From Octopus bimaculoides (Eukaryota): a DNA stretch of 48,112 nucleotides. This document shows, piece by piece, positions 35,858 to 47,939 of the stretch (positions are counted from its first letter, which is position 1; every line of letters begins with the position of its first letter). The DNA is taken from positions 92,961,280 through 93,009,391 of the forward strand of contig NC_068988.1 in the NCBI RefSeq assembly GCF_001194135.2, read 5' to 3'. The position numbers and the translations under genes were made by a program. The notes below the pieces were generated by a model. The model saw only the letters and a program-made list of their open reading frames with translations, was not told the DNA's origin and did not search any database.

Positions 35858-37468
35858 GCAGAGGAGTGAGAGAACCTATTCAAACAACAACTTTACTGCC
35901 AGGACAAATTATTTATCGACAATATTATCTTAAACACTTTCCCCAGTAATTGTCTGCTAAAAATGTATTTTATCAACAAATATCCTTGCCCTTTGGGTGT
36001 GAAACAGCAGTCAGTGTTACATTTTTCTCTCACCAATTAATGCCTGCTAACCCCTGAGGGACTATATTTTCAACGACACACATTGCCATCATCCATTTGT
36101 GCTTATTGCATGGATCACTCTATCCGGCCTCTTCAGTTCGCCATTACACATGGTAGGTCTTCTTAGACTTTTCTTGGCGTCTTCGCACAGCTGCTTTATG
36201 TAAGTTTGAAGTGGTCTACCAACGTTTGTGTATAGTTTGTAAACGTCAGTAGACCGTACACACTGTAAGAGGTTTCAATTAATTTCTTAAGCAAAGAGGG
36301 GTTAGCAATAGATGGGCCTCAGCCCTTTTCACAAATCAAAAGAAATTTTTTTGTTTGTGAGCCCACAAATGGAAGGTGGCCCAGTGTATTGTTGTGGTGC
36401 ATGCACCAAATTTTAACCATCTCATTTCTTTCCTAGACATAACAGCATCAACATGGCAACTTATCTCACCAATTCAGAGATTGTAAGCTTCTTCAAAGTA
36501 ACCAGTTCTTTCGTGTTAAGGGACAGGAAAGAATAGGAAACCTGTGGCATGAGCAAGTTGACCATAGCAAAGCCAAGGGAAAGAAATGTTCTCAGTGATC
36601 AGCCATCAGCAAGATGGCTAATTCTGTCCAGCAACTCCCAAGACCTGAGAAAATCTGTGTTCATATAACTCTCAGCATCATATGGCCTTGAAGCTCTCTT
36701 GATTTGAATCTTTTATAATATTTCATCTTGGCCATCATTAAGAGGTTGACCAGCCAGTGACCCTGTACAACCAAAGGACACATTGAGGGAGGAAGGGCTA
36801 CCCTTGTCTGCATTTTGGTCACAGAACGAGACAACTGGGTGCAGCTCTTTGGAAGCAGATGATCTGGCATGGTTGACTGGACATTCAACCTGTTTGGATG
36901 ACAACAGTTTTTGATGCTGGAGGTAAAACACACACGTGTGCATGCACTGAAGTACACAAGTACAGATAGAGACATTACAATTTATTAAGTGAAGACAATC
37001 GACAGACACTTTTCTCTTTCCGCATACGCAAAAACAGAAAGATGCTAGCACACATAAATGGAGAAAAGGGGGAAGAGGGAAAGAGAGGGGAGGAGGAAGA
37101 GAATGAGAGAAACATTAAAACGTCTGATGTCAAATAAGTCAGCATCGAATCAACAATGCCAAAATGTCTCCACACCCCACTGTGCAACATGGGTTAAGGT
37201 GGCGTTAAGGTCAGGTTTGGTAAGTGGCCTACTTCTTTGCTGTATCTAGTTGAATGTGTGTGTGTGTGTGTGTGTGTGCCATTTTTCTGGGAGTGTGTTG
37301 CTGTTTTAGCTTGCTTAGTGTTTGTTTATTTTCTTGGTTGCCCAATGCGCCCTCTAGGCTCTGTTAACGCCTATGTCTAGGTGAATGTATAAGCATGCGT
37401 GTATATATACGAATATATGCATACACGTGTATTTTACACACAAACATTAAGTTTATTTGTGTATGCTC

Positions 37469-37508
<40 letters not shown>

Positions 37509-37730
37509 TCATTCATATATGCACGCTCACACACACAAACACTTGTATTCAAACACATGTACATTTATACATACAAACACACACACATACATACATACAC
37601 ACCTACTTCTACACAAACAATCCCATCCCATCCCATCACACACACAGGCACGCACGCTCGCACGCACACAGTGTTTGTTTTTAAGTAAATAGAATAAGAA
37701 ATCGGATACTGAGTTAGAATAATAGTAAGT

Positions 37731-37741
37731 TGCTGACTCAT
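37731..37741 (-). promoter_or_regulatory. Perfect antioxidant response element / CNC-sMaf site (ATGAGTCAGCA)
   Basis: Plus strand TGCTGACTCAT fits RTGA(G/C)TCAGCA exactly. Function untested. Confidence 0.4.
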
Positions 37742-38244
37742 TGCAAACACACTCTGGAATGATGTCAGATTATTTTATTGAAGGTAGAACAAAGAGCAAG
37801 CAATACTTACATGCACAAACAACACAGTACACTAGGTCACTAAAAATCCCATCTGATACCACACTAAAATTATTAATTATGTCACAGTACAGAACACTAC
37901 ATAGTACAATATTAGGTCACTTAGCAATCACCTAATAGTGTCCTAAAACACTAATTACATACCATATCTTGTAACACTATTATACATCAGCAATCTACAG
38001 AACCTTGTATTTGGGTGTTTTTTTAATGATTTTGTGCCAAACAAAGTTTTAGGCCACTATAAGAGATTATCAAGAAGGAAAAAAAGGGGCCTATAAATTA
38101 AGATGGGCTGAACATCAAGGTGATAGCAGTGAGCTCCAAAGAGCAGCAGTTCAAGGGAAGTTATTAGAATAAAAGGACTTAAGACCAACAGGAAGTTCAA
38201 CAGGAAAGCAAAGGACCCTGGGAAGAGAAGTGGATGACACATTG

Positions 38245-38467
38245 AAACCCTTAGCATTCAGATTACTCTCTCAAAAGCAATGCTTATTTATTCACATTGT
38301 ATTATCTTGCAGCTATGAAATATCAGAGATTGTATATTTTTAGAATGAAATTTTAGGGAAGGTGTGAGAGGCTGGATCTGGCCAGTTTCAACATAAAACA
38401 AATAGAATTTCTTTTTTAATTTTTTTTTTTTTTCCAGATATGACCAGTTTAAATTCTGAAGGGTTAA
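38245..38467 (+). mobile_element. Near-complete piggyBac-like MITE (family E)
   Basis: aaacccttagcattcaga ... ttctgaagggttaa: imperfect CCC../..GGG terminal inverted repeats with a TTAA-like flank. Confidence 0.65.
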
Positions 38468-39614
38468 AAGGTCTTGAAAGGGGCTACTAGATCATAGCTA
38501 TGACTATGGAAATACTTTTAGAAAAATACAATGAAGATACATTTTAACGATGAGTCTTAGTAGCACCAATATTTCATGTATAGTTAGGACAATACTAATT
38601 AACTGCATGGCAACTTCAACAGTGCTGGTGGCACAAAAAAAAGCATCTAATCCATACTGTAAAGTGGTGGGTGTTAGGAAGGGCATCCAGCTATAGAAAC
38701 CATACAAAAATAGACATTGGAGCACAATGCAGTCCTTGGACACATCAGATCCTGTCAAACAAGGATGGAGGGCAGACATTAAATGGTGATGAGGCTTTCA
38801 AGTCTCCAGCTATCAAATTCACTCACAAAGAATTGGTAAGCCCAGAATTATAGAAGACGCTTACACAATGGAATTGAACCCAAAACCAGGTGGTTACAAT
38901 CAATTAGGGAAAATAAATGAAATATTTGCCTTTAATGAAAAGCATCACAGCAACGAAGGAGAACCACTTTATATATATGAAAACAAAAAAAAAATCAACC
39001 CCAAACTTTCAGTCTTTGAGTTAAAACCAACTTTCCCAGATTAAAAAAAAAAGCAAGGTGCACAGTAAACGAAATACAATATATGACCCCTACTTTGATA
39101 GGCTGCCCCTTTGACCTTTCTCAAAACAAACACTGAATGGTAGTATGGTAGTAAACCAGCCTAAAACATCCTGCCTGTCTACAACAAAGCTATAATTCTA
39201 TTCAAGGGAATTACTTTTAATCAATAAATGAAAAAGGCAAGTTAATTTGAGAAGATATGGAGAAATGTACATTGGAGTGGAACAGCAGGAGATGCAAGGG
39301 AGTTGAGAAATTCTCACATGTTTGAGAAAACTGTCCAGACAGGATGTGGCAGAGTGAAAGGGGTGAAGAGAGCAGAGGAGAAGGATGAGGGATAGAGGAA
39401 GAGAGGGAAAGAAAGAAAAGTTAATGCTTTAGGATCAATGGTGTGTTTTGTTGAAGGAGAAGCAGAAACAGAACAGAGCATGGCATAATTTTGATGTCTG
39501 TTCTGTACCAGAGCGAACCAGGGTCCAAGCAGCAACCACAATAACAAAAGGGAAAATGCAAATGTTTGAATTGCTCCAGTCAAAGTGATTAGAGCGAACT
39601 CAACAACTTACATG

Positions 39615-39950
39615 TTGTAATTTGATGTTGTAATTAGATGTCCCACCCATGCCAGCATGGAAGGTGGACATTGCCGCTGGACTGGCTCCTGTGCAGGTGG
39701 CACGTAAAAAACACCATTTCGAGTGTGGCCGTTGCCAGTACCGCCTGACTGGCCTTCGTGCCGGTGGCACGTAAAATCACCCACTACACTCTCGGAGTGG
39801 TTGGCGTTAGGAAAGGCATCCAGCTGTAGAAACTCTGCCAAATCAGATTGGAGCCTGGTGCAGCCTTCTGGCTAGCCAGTCCTCAGTCAAATCATCCAAC
39901 CCATGCTAGCATGGAAGGCGAATGTTAAACGATGATGATGATGATGATGG
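39615..39950 (+). mobile_element. RTE LINE 3'UTR copy, low divergence
   Basis: Near reverse complement of 43136-43430; ends gcatggaaggcgaatgttaaac(gat)n. Confidence 0.85.
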
Positions 39951-40318
39951 TTGTATTTTGACCTTAAGATTAGCTAAATTTTTGAATAGAATTGATTTTC
40001 AATCAATTTATTTTGAATCGATTTGATTTTTTATTTTATTTTCTATTTGAAAATATGGTTATGAAACACATGTAGTCATTTTATTATTTTAATATTTATT
40101 ACATTGTACTTCTTTGATTTTTATTATAGGTCTTTTTAGTGTATTTAGTTATTAAATTTTTCTATATGTGACTGGATTTTCATGGATGACTTCAATAATT
40201 GTGGGTTTTTTTCTCTAAATTATATATTTATATATTATATATTGTGAAATTTAATTTAATTTTAACAAATTAAATTGAATTTTTCCCTGTAGATTTGGAT
40301 TTTTATCCCTAATATTAT

Positions 40319-40349
<31 letters not shown>

Positions 40350-40452
40350 TATTTATATATATATATTTATTTATATATATATTATAGATATATATTATAT
40401 ATATATATATATATATTAACCCATGCTTACATGGAAGGCGGACGTTAAATGA

Positions 40453-40496
<44 letters not shown>

Positions 40497-41748
40497 CATA
40501 TATCTTTTATATATATATATATATATAATTTCAAAAAGCCTCAAAATTCATGATTATTCAAAAGTTAATTGTAACACAAGCACAGTGTTTCATTAGGAAT
40601 GCAGTTACATATAAACATATGAAATATTTTGCTCAGGAAGTGGATGCAACAAAAATGAAGAGAATATGAATGCATAATGCGAAACTAACAAAGCTGATAT
40701 TAATTCACTCCTGTAACATGAACTACAGGGCCAAAACCACAGAATTCAGCTGTTTATCATATTCTCCCTGCCAAAGTAGGGGAGGGAAAAGACAACAGGG
40801 CTACATCCACCACTGCTCGCTCATACTGTTCAGAATAGGGGCTTTCTATCCTGCTCTTTCTTGTACATTCTCTTAAACACCCCCACCAAACACACAAAGT
40901 CCTACTTTTGTCAATTAAGCTTCTGGAGAGGAAGGAGGCTTATTATTTACACACCAAAGTAAACAGAACCATTTTTACAGAATAAAGAGGTTTATTATTG
41001 AAGGTAGTCTCAGAGACCATTGACAGTAAGGGTGGCAACATGGGGAAAGGTGGAAGGTGGGGGGAGTGGACCTACATACATATCTGTACTGAAATACAAT
41101 GTCAGGTCTCAGATATTTTGATCAAATTTCAGCTTAAAGAAAAAAAAGATCAAAAACACACTTCTCAAAATATCACCTGGAATTGTATTTTAGCAGCAAG
41201 CAAGTCCTGATGAACTCAACTGTTCACCAAAGGTATTCAAGCTGTGACTTTACAACCAATCTCGTTTGCAGATACAGAAAACCTTGGATAAACACTACCC
41301 ATTGTGCCCTTTTACTTTTCTTTGTAACCCTTTGAATGCGGAAAGCAGATATACTTGCTCAAAATTTTTTACCGTTAACTGCAGAAAGTGGTTTTGCCAT
41401 ACCTACCCCCCACCCAGCTTTGGAGTTAAAAAAAAACCTCTCTCTATGCTGCAAGAAGCAGAAATCCCTTCAGTGACATGTTTTATGAAAAACAATTTTT
41501 AAGATTTACTTAACTGTTTCACACAATTCACCAAATATCTTTTTACAGAGCAAGAAACTGTATTGACAGGAGATACTGAAAAGTATCGCAGAAGCAGAAA
41601 ATACCAATTCCATTTTTGATGGAGATAATTAACATTATTACAGGAATGGCCAGGAAATTCAATTATGCAATCAAAGGGTTAAAACAGTTGTGTACAATTT
41701 GAGGGGTATTTAGCACCTATTTCTAGTAGATCAAACAAACATTCAGAT

Positions 41749-41941
41749 CAGTGGTTCTCAACCTTTTTAGTATCTGGGCCAGATCTAAACCCTGGATTCT
41801 TTTTAGGGAGCCGCAACAAAAAAGAGTAAAATAAATCGATCAAAGAAAAATTTATATTTATAGAGGGAAGACCATCAGTGGTTGCCAGAAGGATGCTTGA
41901 GGGCCACATGCAGCTCTGGAAGCTGGAGTTGAGAATTGCTA
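41749..41941 (+). mobile_element. hAT (Charlie-like) MITE
   Basis: 5' TIR cagtggttctcaacc and degenerate 3' TIR gttgagaattgcta. The 8-bp flanks attcagat / atgtagag are a partial TSD match. Confidence 0.55.
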
Positions 41942-42367
41942 ATGTAGAGGCTCCCATTTCTGCTCCCATCACCAGCAGCTGAAGAATCACAAGTCCAAGA
42001 AGAGAATTGATTTTTCATTTTAGACATGTCACATACTAAGAGTCATAAAAACCATTTTAAGACTGACAAGATTTGAAATATAAAAATGCAGATCACCAAA
42101 AGATTACTTTAACTTTCACACATATCCTATCAAAACCTATTTTATCTACTCGAAAGGTAATTTATTTGTCTGATATCTTCTTTGTCAGTCAGAATAGATC
42201 ACCATTGTAACCATTACCGACATTGCTACTAGCTATTAATGATTTCATATTATCTCTAATTGCTTTTATTTTTCTTTCCTTCTTTTCTCTTTTCTTACAA
42301 GAGCTTAACTATTAGAGCCTTATGGTTATGGCTGTCTTGTCTCATTCTTCCTCTCTTCTCTTTCTCT

Positions 42368-42402
<35 letters not shown>

Positions 42403-43133
42403 CAATGTTTCCTTCTTCATAGGCTCAATAATTCTCTTTTACACACAGAAATTTAAAAGAATCTTCTGTCGGACATGGCAATGGATAGTTTAGTTGTAGA
42501 TCAATGCAACTCCAGACATGAGATTACGGTAGTAAGTGGTTGAGTATTTCAGAGACATTTGCGTGCAGGCATGGCTTTGTGGCTAAGAGATTTGCTTCCC
42601 AACCACACGGTTTCAGGTTCAGTTTCACTGTGTGGTACCTTGGGTGAGTGTCTTCTACTATAGCCCAAGGTCAACCAATGCCTTGTGAGTGGATATTTCC
42701 ACACAAAAAGCATTTGCACCTGCACTGGTGCCACTTAAAAAGCATCCGCACTGGTGCCCCATAAATAGGTACTTTCACTGGTGGCACATAAAAAGCACCC
42801 ATGCCAGTGCCATGTAGAGAGCAACAAGTACACTCTGTAAAGTGGTTAGCTTTAGGAAGAACATCCAACCATAGAAGCCATGCTTAAACAGACAATGGGA
42901 GCCTGGTGCTGCGCTCCAGCTGGCCAGCTCCTATCAAACTCTCCAACCCATACCAGCGTGGAAACCAGAAGTAAAATGATGATGAAACTGAAAGAAGCCT
43001 CTGCCCACCTCATCCCTAATATCTATCTTTTCACAGGTTCTATTGATCATTCTCTCCCTCTTTTATAAGATATGAGTAAACATGCAACTTTAACACAAGA
43101 GCCTACTCTGTTCACTCCCTTCTCTTATACTGT

Positions 43134-43605
43134 ATCATCATCATCATCATCATCGTTTAACGTCCGCTTTCCATGCTGGCATGGGTTGGACGATTTGACT
43201 GAGGACTGGTGAAACCGGATGGCAACATCAGGCTCCAATCTAATTTGGCAGAGTTTCTACAGCTGGATGCCCTTCCTAACGCCAACCATTCAGAGAGTGT
43301 AGTGGGTGCTTTTACGTGTCACCCGCACGAAAGCCAGTCAGGCGGTACTGGCAACGGCCACGCTCGAAATGGTGTCTTTTACGTGCCACCCGCACAAGAG
43401 CCAGTCCAGGGGCACTGGCAACGATCTCACTTGGCTTGCCGGGTCTTCTCATGCACAGCACATTTCCAAAGGTCTCAGTAAGTAGTCATCGTCTCGGTGA
43501 GGCCCAATGTTCGAAGGTCTTGCCTCACTACCTCAGCCCAGGTCTTCCTGGGCCTACCTCTTCCACGGGTTCCCTCAACTGTTAGGGTGTGGCACTTTTT
43601 CATGC
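43134..43605 (-). mobile_element. RTE-clade LINE 3' end including ORF C-terminus
   Basis: Minus-strand translation CMKKCHTLTVEGTRGRGRPRKTWAEVVRQDLRTLGL..LWKCAVHEKTRQAK*, a typical RTE C-terminus, followed by the 3'UTR and (GAT)n. This shows that the many (GAT)n-tailed repeats are RTE 3' ends; others lie near 8833, 9410, 12812, 21965, 38610, 42715, 43740, 45585 and 46060. Confidence 0.88.
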
Positions 43606-43963
43606 ACACCACAACTGATGCTTCTAATGTTCAGCTTTTCTCTCAAGATACTTACACTCTGACGGGTATGCACACTGTATCTCCTCCTCAATTCCATGCA
43701 TAAAACTGACAATACCTCCCTTGAAATTTGTAGTTTTGTGAGCTGCATGGTAACCTCAATAGTGTTGGTGGCATGAAAAAAAGGTACCCATGGCACACTG
43801 TAAAGTGGTTGGCATTAGGAAGGGCATCAAGCCGTAAGAACCATGCCAAGGACAATATTGCAGCATGATGGAGTCCCTTGACTAATTGGGTCCTGTCAAG
43901 GCACGCAGCCCATACCAGCATGGAACATGGACGTTAAATGATGATGACGGTGATGATGATGAT

Positions 43964-44001
<38 letters not shown>

Positions 44002-44180
44002 CTTGTTTTGGCATTTCAAGATATAATTGTAAAACAAGTGTCACAGTCATACAAGCAGCCTCAGCCATTCCTAATATTCTGAGAGAACATGTTTTGTTGT
44101 AAGGCAATATTACCTTGCTTGGAAATGGATGGGGTTGGTGACAGGAAGGGCACCTGGCCATAGAAAACCAGCAGCAAGTA

Positions 44181-44440
44181 CATAATTCACATTATTTACA
44201 TTTAACAGATACTTTTTCCTCATCTCGTTTGTTGCTAACACAACGTTTCGGCTGATATACCCTCCAGCCTTCATCATGTGTCTTGGGGGAAATTTTGAAC
44301 CTGGGTTCTCATTCCTAAGGAATTTTTCAATGTTGTTGTTATTATTATTATCATTATTATTATTATTCAAGTCACTGCCTGGAATTGAACTCGGAATCTT
44401 GGGGTTAGTAGCCCGTGCTCTTAACCACTACGCCATATGC
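44181..44440 (-). mobile_element. Stand-alone tRNA-head + hammerhead retroelement with TSD
   Basis: TSD (gc)agcaagta at 44171-44180 and 44439-44448. A box 44425-44435, B box 44381-44390, (AAT)n, hammerhead and aaatgtaaataatg tail. Homologous to 487-720 and 1000-1228. Confidence 0.8.
44237..44282 (-). ncRNA. Hammerhead ribozyme motif (copy 3, core C3>A)
   Basis: gacac-ATGATGA-a-ggctg[gagggtatat]cagcc-GAAA-c-GTT-gtgtt, with a perfect stem I GACAC/GUGUU. Confidence 0.65.
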
Positions 44441-46260
44441 AGCAAGTAAACTCAATCCAACCCATGCAAGCATGGAAAAGAGGACATTAAATTATTATGA
44501 TTGTTTTATACATGTATGCATGCATGCTTGTTCATGTCTCCTCGTTTTGATATTGTGTGATAGTTGTAAAATGATTGTGACAGTCACACAAGCATTTCAT
44601 TTCCAATATCGTTCACTTGCAATATTGAACAAAAGCATCTGGCCATAGGGAAACTATTACCCCCAGGTGAGGGTTGGTGACAGGATGAGCATCAAACCTT
44701 AGAAAATCTACCTCTATAAACTATGCAAGCATAGAAAAGTGGACATCAAAATAACAATGACTGCATGTGTGTGTGTGTGTGTGTAGACAGACATTATACA
44801 AAACATATATGCAGACAGATAAATAGACAGAGATATACAAAGGCAGAGAGGTAGAAGATAGATAAATTGACAGTTAATATAAGCAGATAAATAAAGTGAG
44901 CGAAAGCTAATATTAATGTGTTTGCGTCATTCACAAATAACAGATTTAACAAAGAATGTTATGTATGACAGGTTTATGTCTTCCTGTCACACACACACAC
45001 AAGCCTGTAATCCTTTTCATATCAACCCATCCAAGACAAGCCATACTTCATATACAAATGAAAATCTCAATCAAAATCTCATGAACAACAACAGTCTGAG
45101 ATTCCAGTTGATCAACACCAGATACCAACTTACATACAAAATGCTCACTAACACCGACTGCACAAGAAAACTGCAACATACAGACAATCTGGTTTCATTA
45201 TAAATTCAGTCATGAAAGGAAAGATGCCTCTACCCATGATAATTGGTTAACTCTTAGTAATTACAACAATGTCACTGTGACCAACACAAAATAACAACCT
45301 AAAAAAATGAATTCAAATGAAAACCATACATACACACATGCATGTAAATATGTATACTGCTGTCGCAGAAAATGTGTGGATGTGCGCACAGGTATGCGTG
45401 ATGCTATCACAGTCCATGAAACAAGCATTTTATTCATTTCCTTGATCTGCACTGCCTTAGTTAACACTTACCCACACCTACACATCATTCAACAATATAT
45501 GAATGACATGTTTACCTAGGTTCCCACCTTCATTCATAATTAACAGACAATACATCATAAAATAAAGATATATATATATATATATATCATCATCATCACT
45601 ATCATTGTTTAACGTCCATTTCTGATGCTGGCAAGGGTTGGACGGCTTGATAAGAGCTGCACCAGGTCCCAGTCTAATTTGGCATGATTTCTACATCTCG
45701 ATGCCCTTCCTAATGCCAATCACTTTCCAGAGTGTATTGGGTTCTTTTACATGACATTGAATGTGTGCTTTTACTTGACACCAACACACAACTCTTGCTG
45801 ACAAATCCTCTTCACTAGGAGTAGCAACCTTAACATTTTTGCTGTGGAGTATGGGTCTTTGAGTACAGCAAGGTGCCAGGTATCTCAGCCCTTTGTCATC
45901 TTGTCTGAAAGGTTCAGTGTCCTGAGGTTGCCCTGAGGTACTTCATCTCATGTCTTCCTGAGTGTCCCTTTAACACGTGTTCCATCTACTTTGAAAAATT
46001 GGCACTTCATTATTGAGTTGTCAAGCATATATATATATATATGGGGTCTTGTGAATTACTTGGTGTCGTCACAGGTGCCGGTGAAACATAAAAAGCATGT
46101 GGGACATATTCTAAGGTAATTAAGGGCAGGAAGAGGATCTAGCAATAGAAACCATCCCAGAGCAGACAGTAGAGCTTGGTGCAGTTCTCTGGTACTCCAG
46201 CTTCTGTTGTAATGTCCAACCCATGCTTGCCACCATGAAAAGCTATCATTAAATAGTGGT

Positions 46261-46304
<44 letters not shown>

Positions 46305-47142
46305 CATATATATATATATATCACACAAGCACATATACACGTGTCTGTGTGATGTCATTGTTTATCTCCAGATCAACCCTGCTCAAACTGACCAATGACC
46401 AAGGATATTTCAGATGAAATCATCCCTACTCATACCCTTGTACAACCCCTAAAAACAACTGCTAGTGACAGATAAACATCTCATTAATAGTTTAGCACAA
46501 ACAACCACAGATTTTGTGATTCAAGCAAAATTTCAACAAGGTTAAAATGCTAGACTTGTTCCCATGGTGAGAAATTCAAACCATACTTTGAGCAAGACAC
46601 AGTTTTGCTCACTTGCAGCTACTTCTTCCCAACATAATTGAATGCTTAACACTAGGTGGTCGTCTAACTATAAACCTCTTAGTTAAACTATACGAAAATA
46701 TATATATTCACACACAAACAAAATCAGCTTCTGTTCTTGTTTGTAAAGGAAGAGGGGGGAAATGGATACAAAAGAGTGGCCCACAACAATTTCTTGAATT
46801 ATTTAAACTGATTCTTTCTTCCCTAACTAACTGAACAACAACAACCAAGCAGTTTGGATTATTTATTTATTTCCACTATTAAGTAGACTGTGGCAATTGT
46901 AAATGTGTATACTTTCTGTGAGTTTGTGTCACCAGTTTGGCTAGCAACACAAACAAAAGTTGCAGGTTATCACAGCAGATCTACTGACTACCAACCCAAA
47001 TGTGGTCTTCACAAATAGAAAATGGAGGACAAGCTTCTCCTCTGTCCAGTACAACAATCAACATTTGTTATGTTAGCTCAATAACAGGAGCTGATTTCAA
47101 TTTACAAAAGAAACACTAAATTTAAGTTGGTTTTTTTTTCTA

Positions 47143-47431
47143 TAGTTACAGCTCAGAGCTGCGGCCATGCTGTTGCACCGCCGTTTTGCTACACTGTTAT
47201 TACTGAGAGCCTCCTCCAATATGTGGCACTTGGTGAAGAATGGAGTTTGATGTAGCTACCCTCATTTGCACCTCTCGCCATGAGGTAGGTTCATCTGGGA
47301 CTTTCAACAGGAAGAGGTCCAGCTTTGATTTTAAAATGCCTACATCTACTTTGTGCAGGTTCCTCAGGCTCTTTGGGAGAATATTAAAAAGCTGTGGGCT
47401 TCTGAAACTCAAACTGTTGCAAAATACTTGC
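47143..47431 (-). mobile_element. CR1/Jockey-superfamily LINE 3' end (ORF2 C-terminus, 3'UTR, A-rich tail)
   Basis: NSLSFRSPQLFNILPKSLRNLHKVDVGILKSKLDLFLLKVPDEP..ATSNSILHQ resembles the CR1-type post-RT C-terminus. 5' side cut by a MITE at about 47432. Confidence 0.8.
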
Positions 47432-47939
47432 TTAACCTTACAGCCATATCCAGCCTAAATATTCCACCTGTTTTATGTTCACAATTGGCCAGATCCATAC
47501 TCTCACACTTCCTTTACAATGTCATTCCCAGAATAAGCTGAATGCTAAGGGGTTTAACCGTTTAGCATTTAAACCAGCTATATCATACCCAAAATATTCT
47601 ATCTGTTTTTCTGTTAGTATGGGGGGGGGGGAGCATAAAACTTGGTGGTGTTGCATCCGTTTTTATATTCTCAGTTCAACAGAAAAAGAAAAACAAAGAA
47701 ATAAAAGCTGGGTAATAATGAAGCGAAATATAATTTAATGAGACTGCAATTATTTTTTTATTTTTTTATTTGCTTCTCTGAATTCCCAAACTATTAATAT
47801 TAACATGTATACAGTTTAAAATCTGAAATCTACACCCACGCTGACAGAGACAAGTAAACAGACAATAAAATTTGCTGTCTACATTGACTTCTTTTCTTCT
47901 TTTTTATATATAATGTCTACATTAATAATCATTTTATAT

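Noticed and set aside
41204-41230. CTGATGA near 41207 as another hammerhead
   Set aside because: No stem II or downstream GAAA; a chance heptamer.
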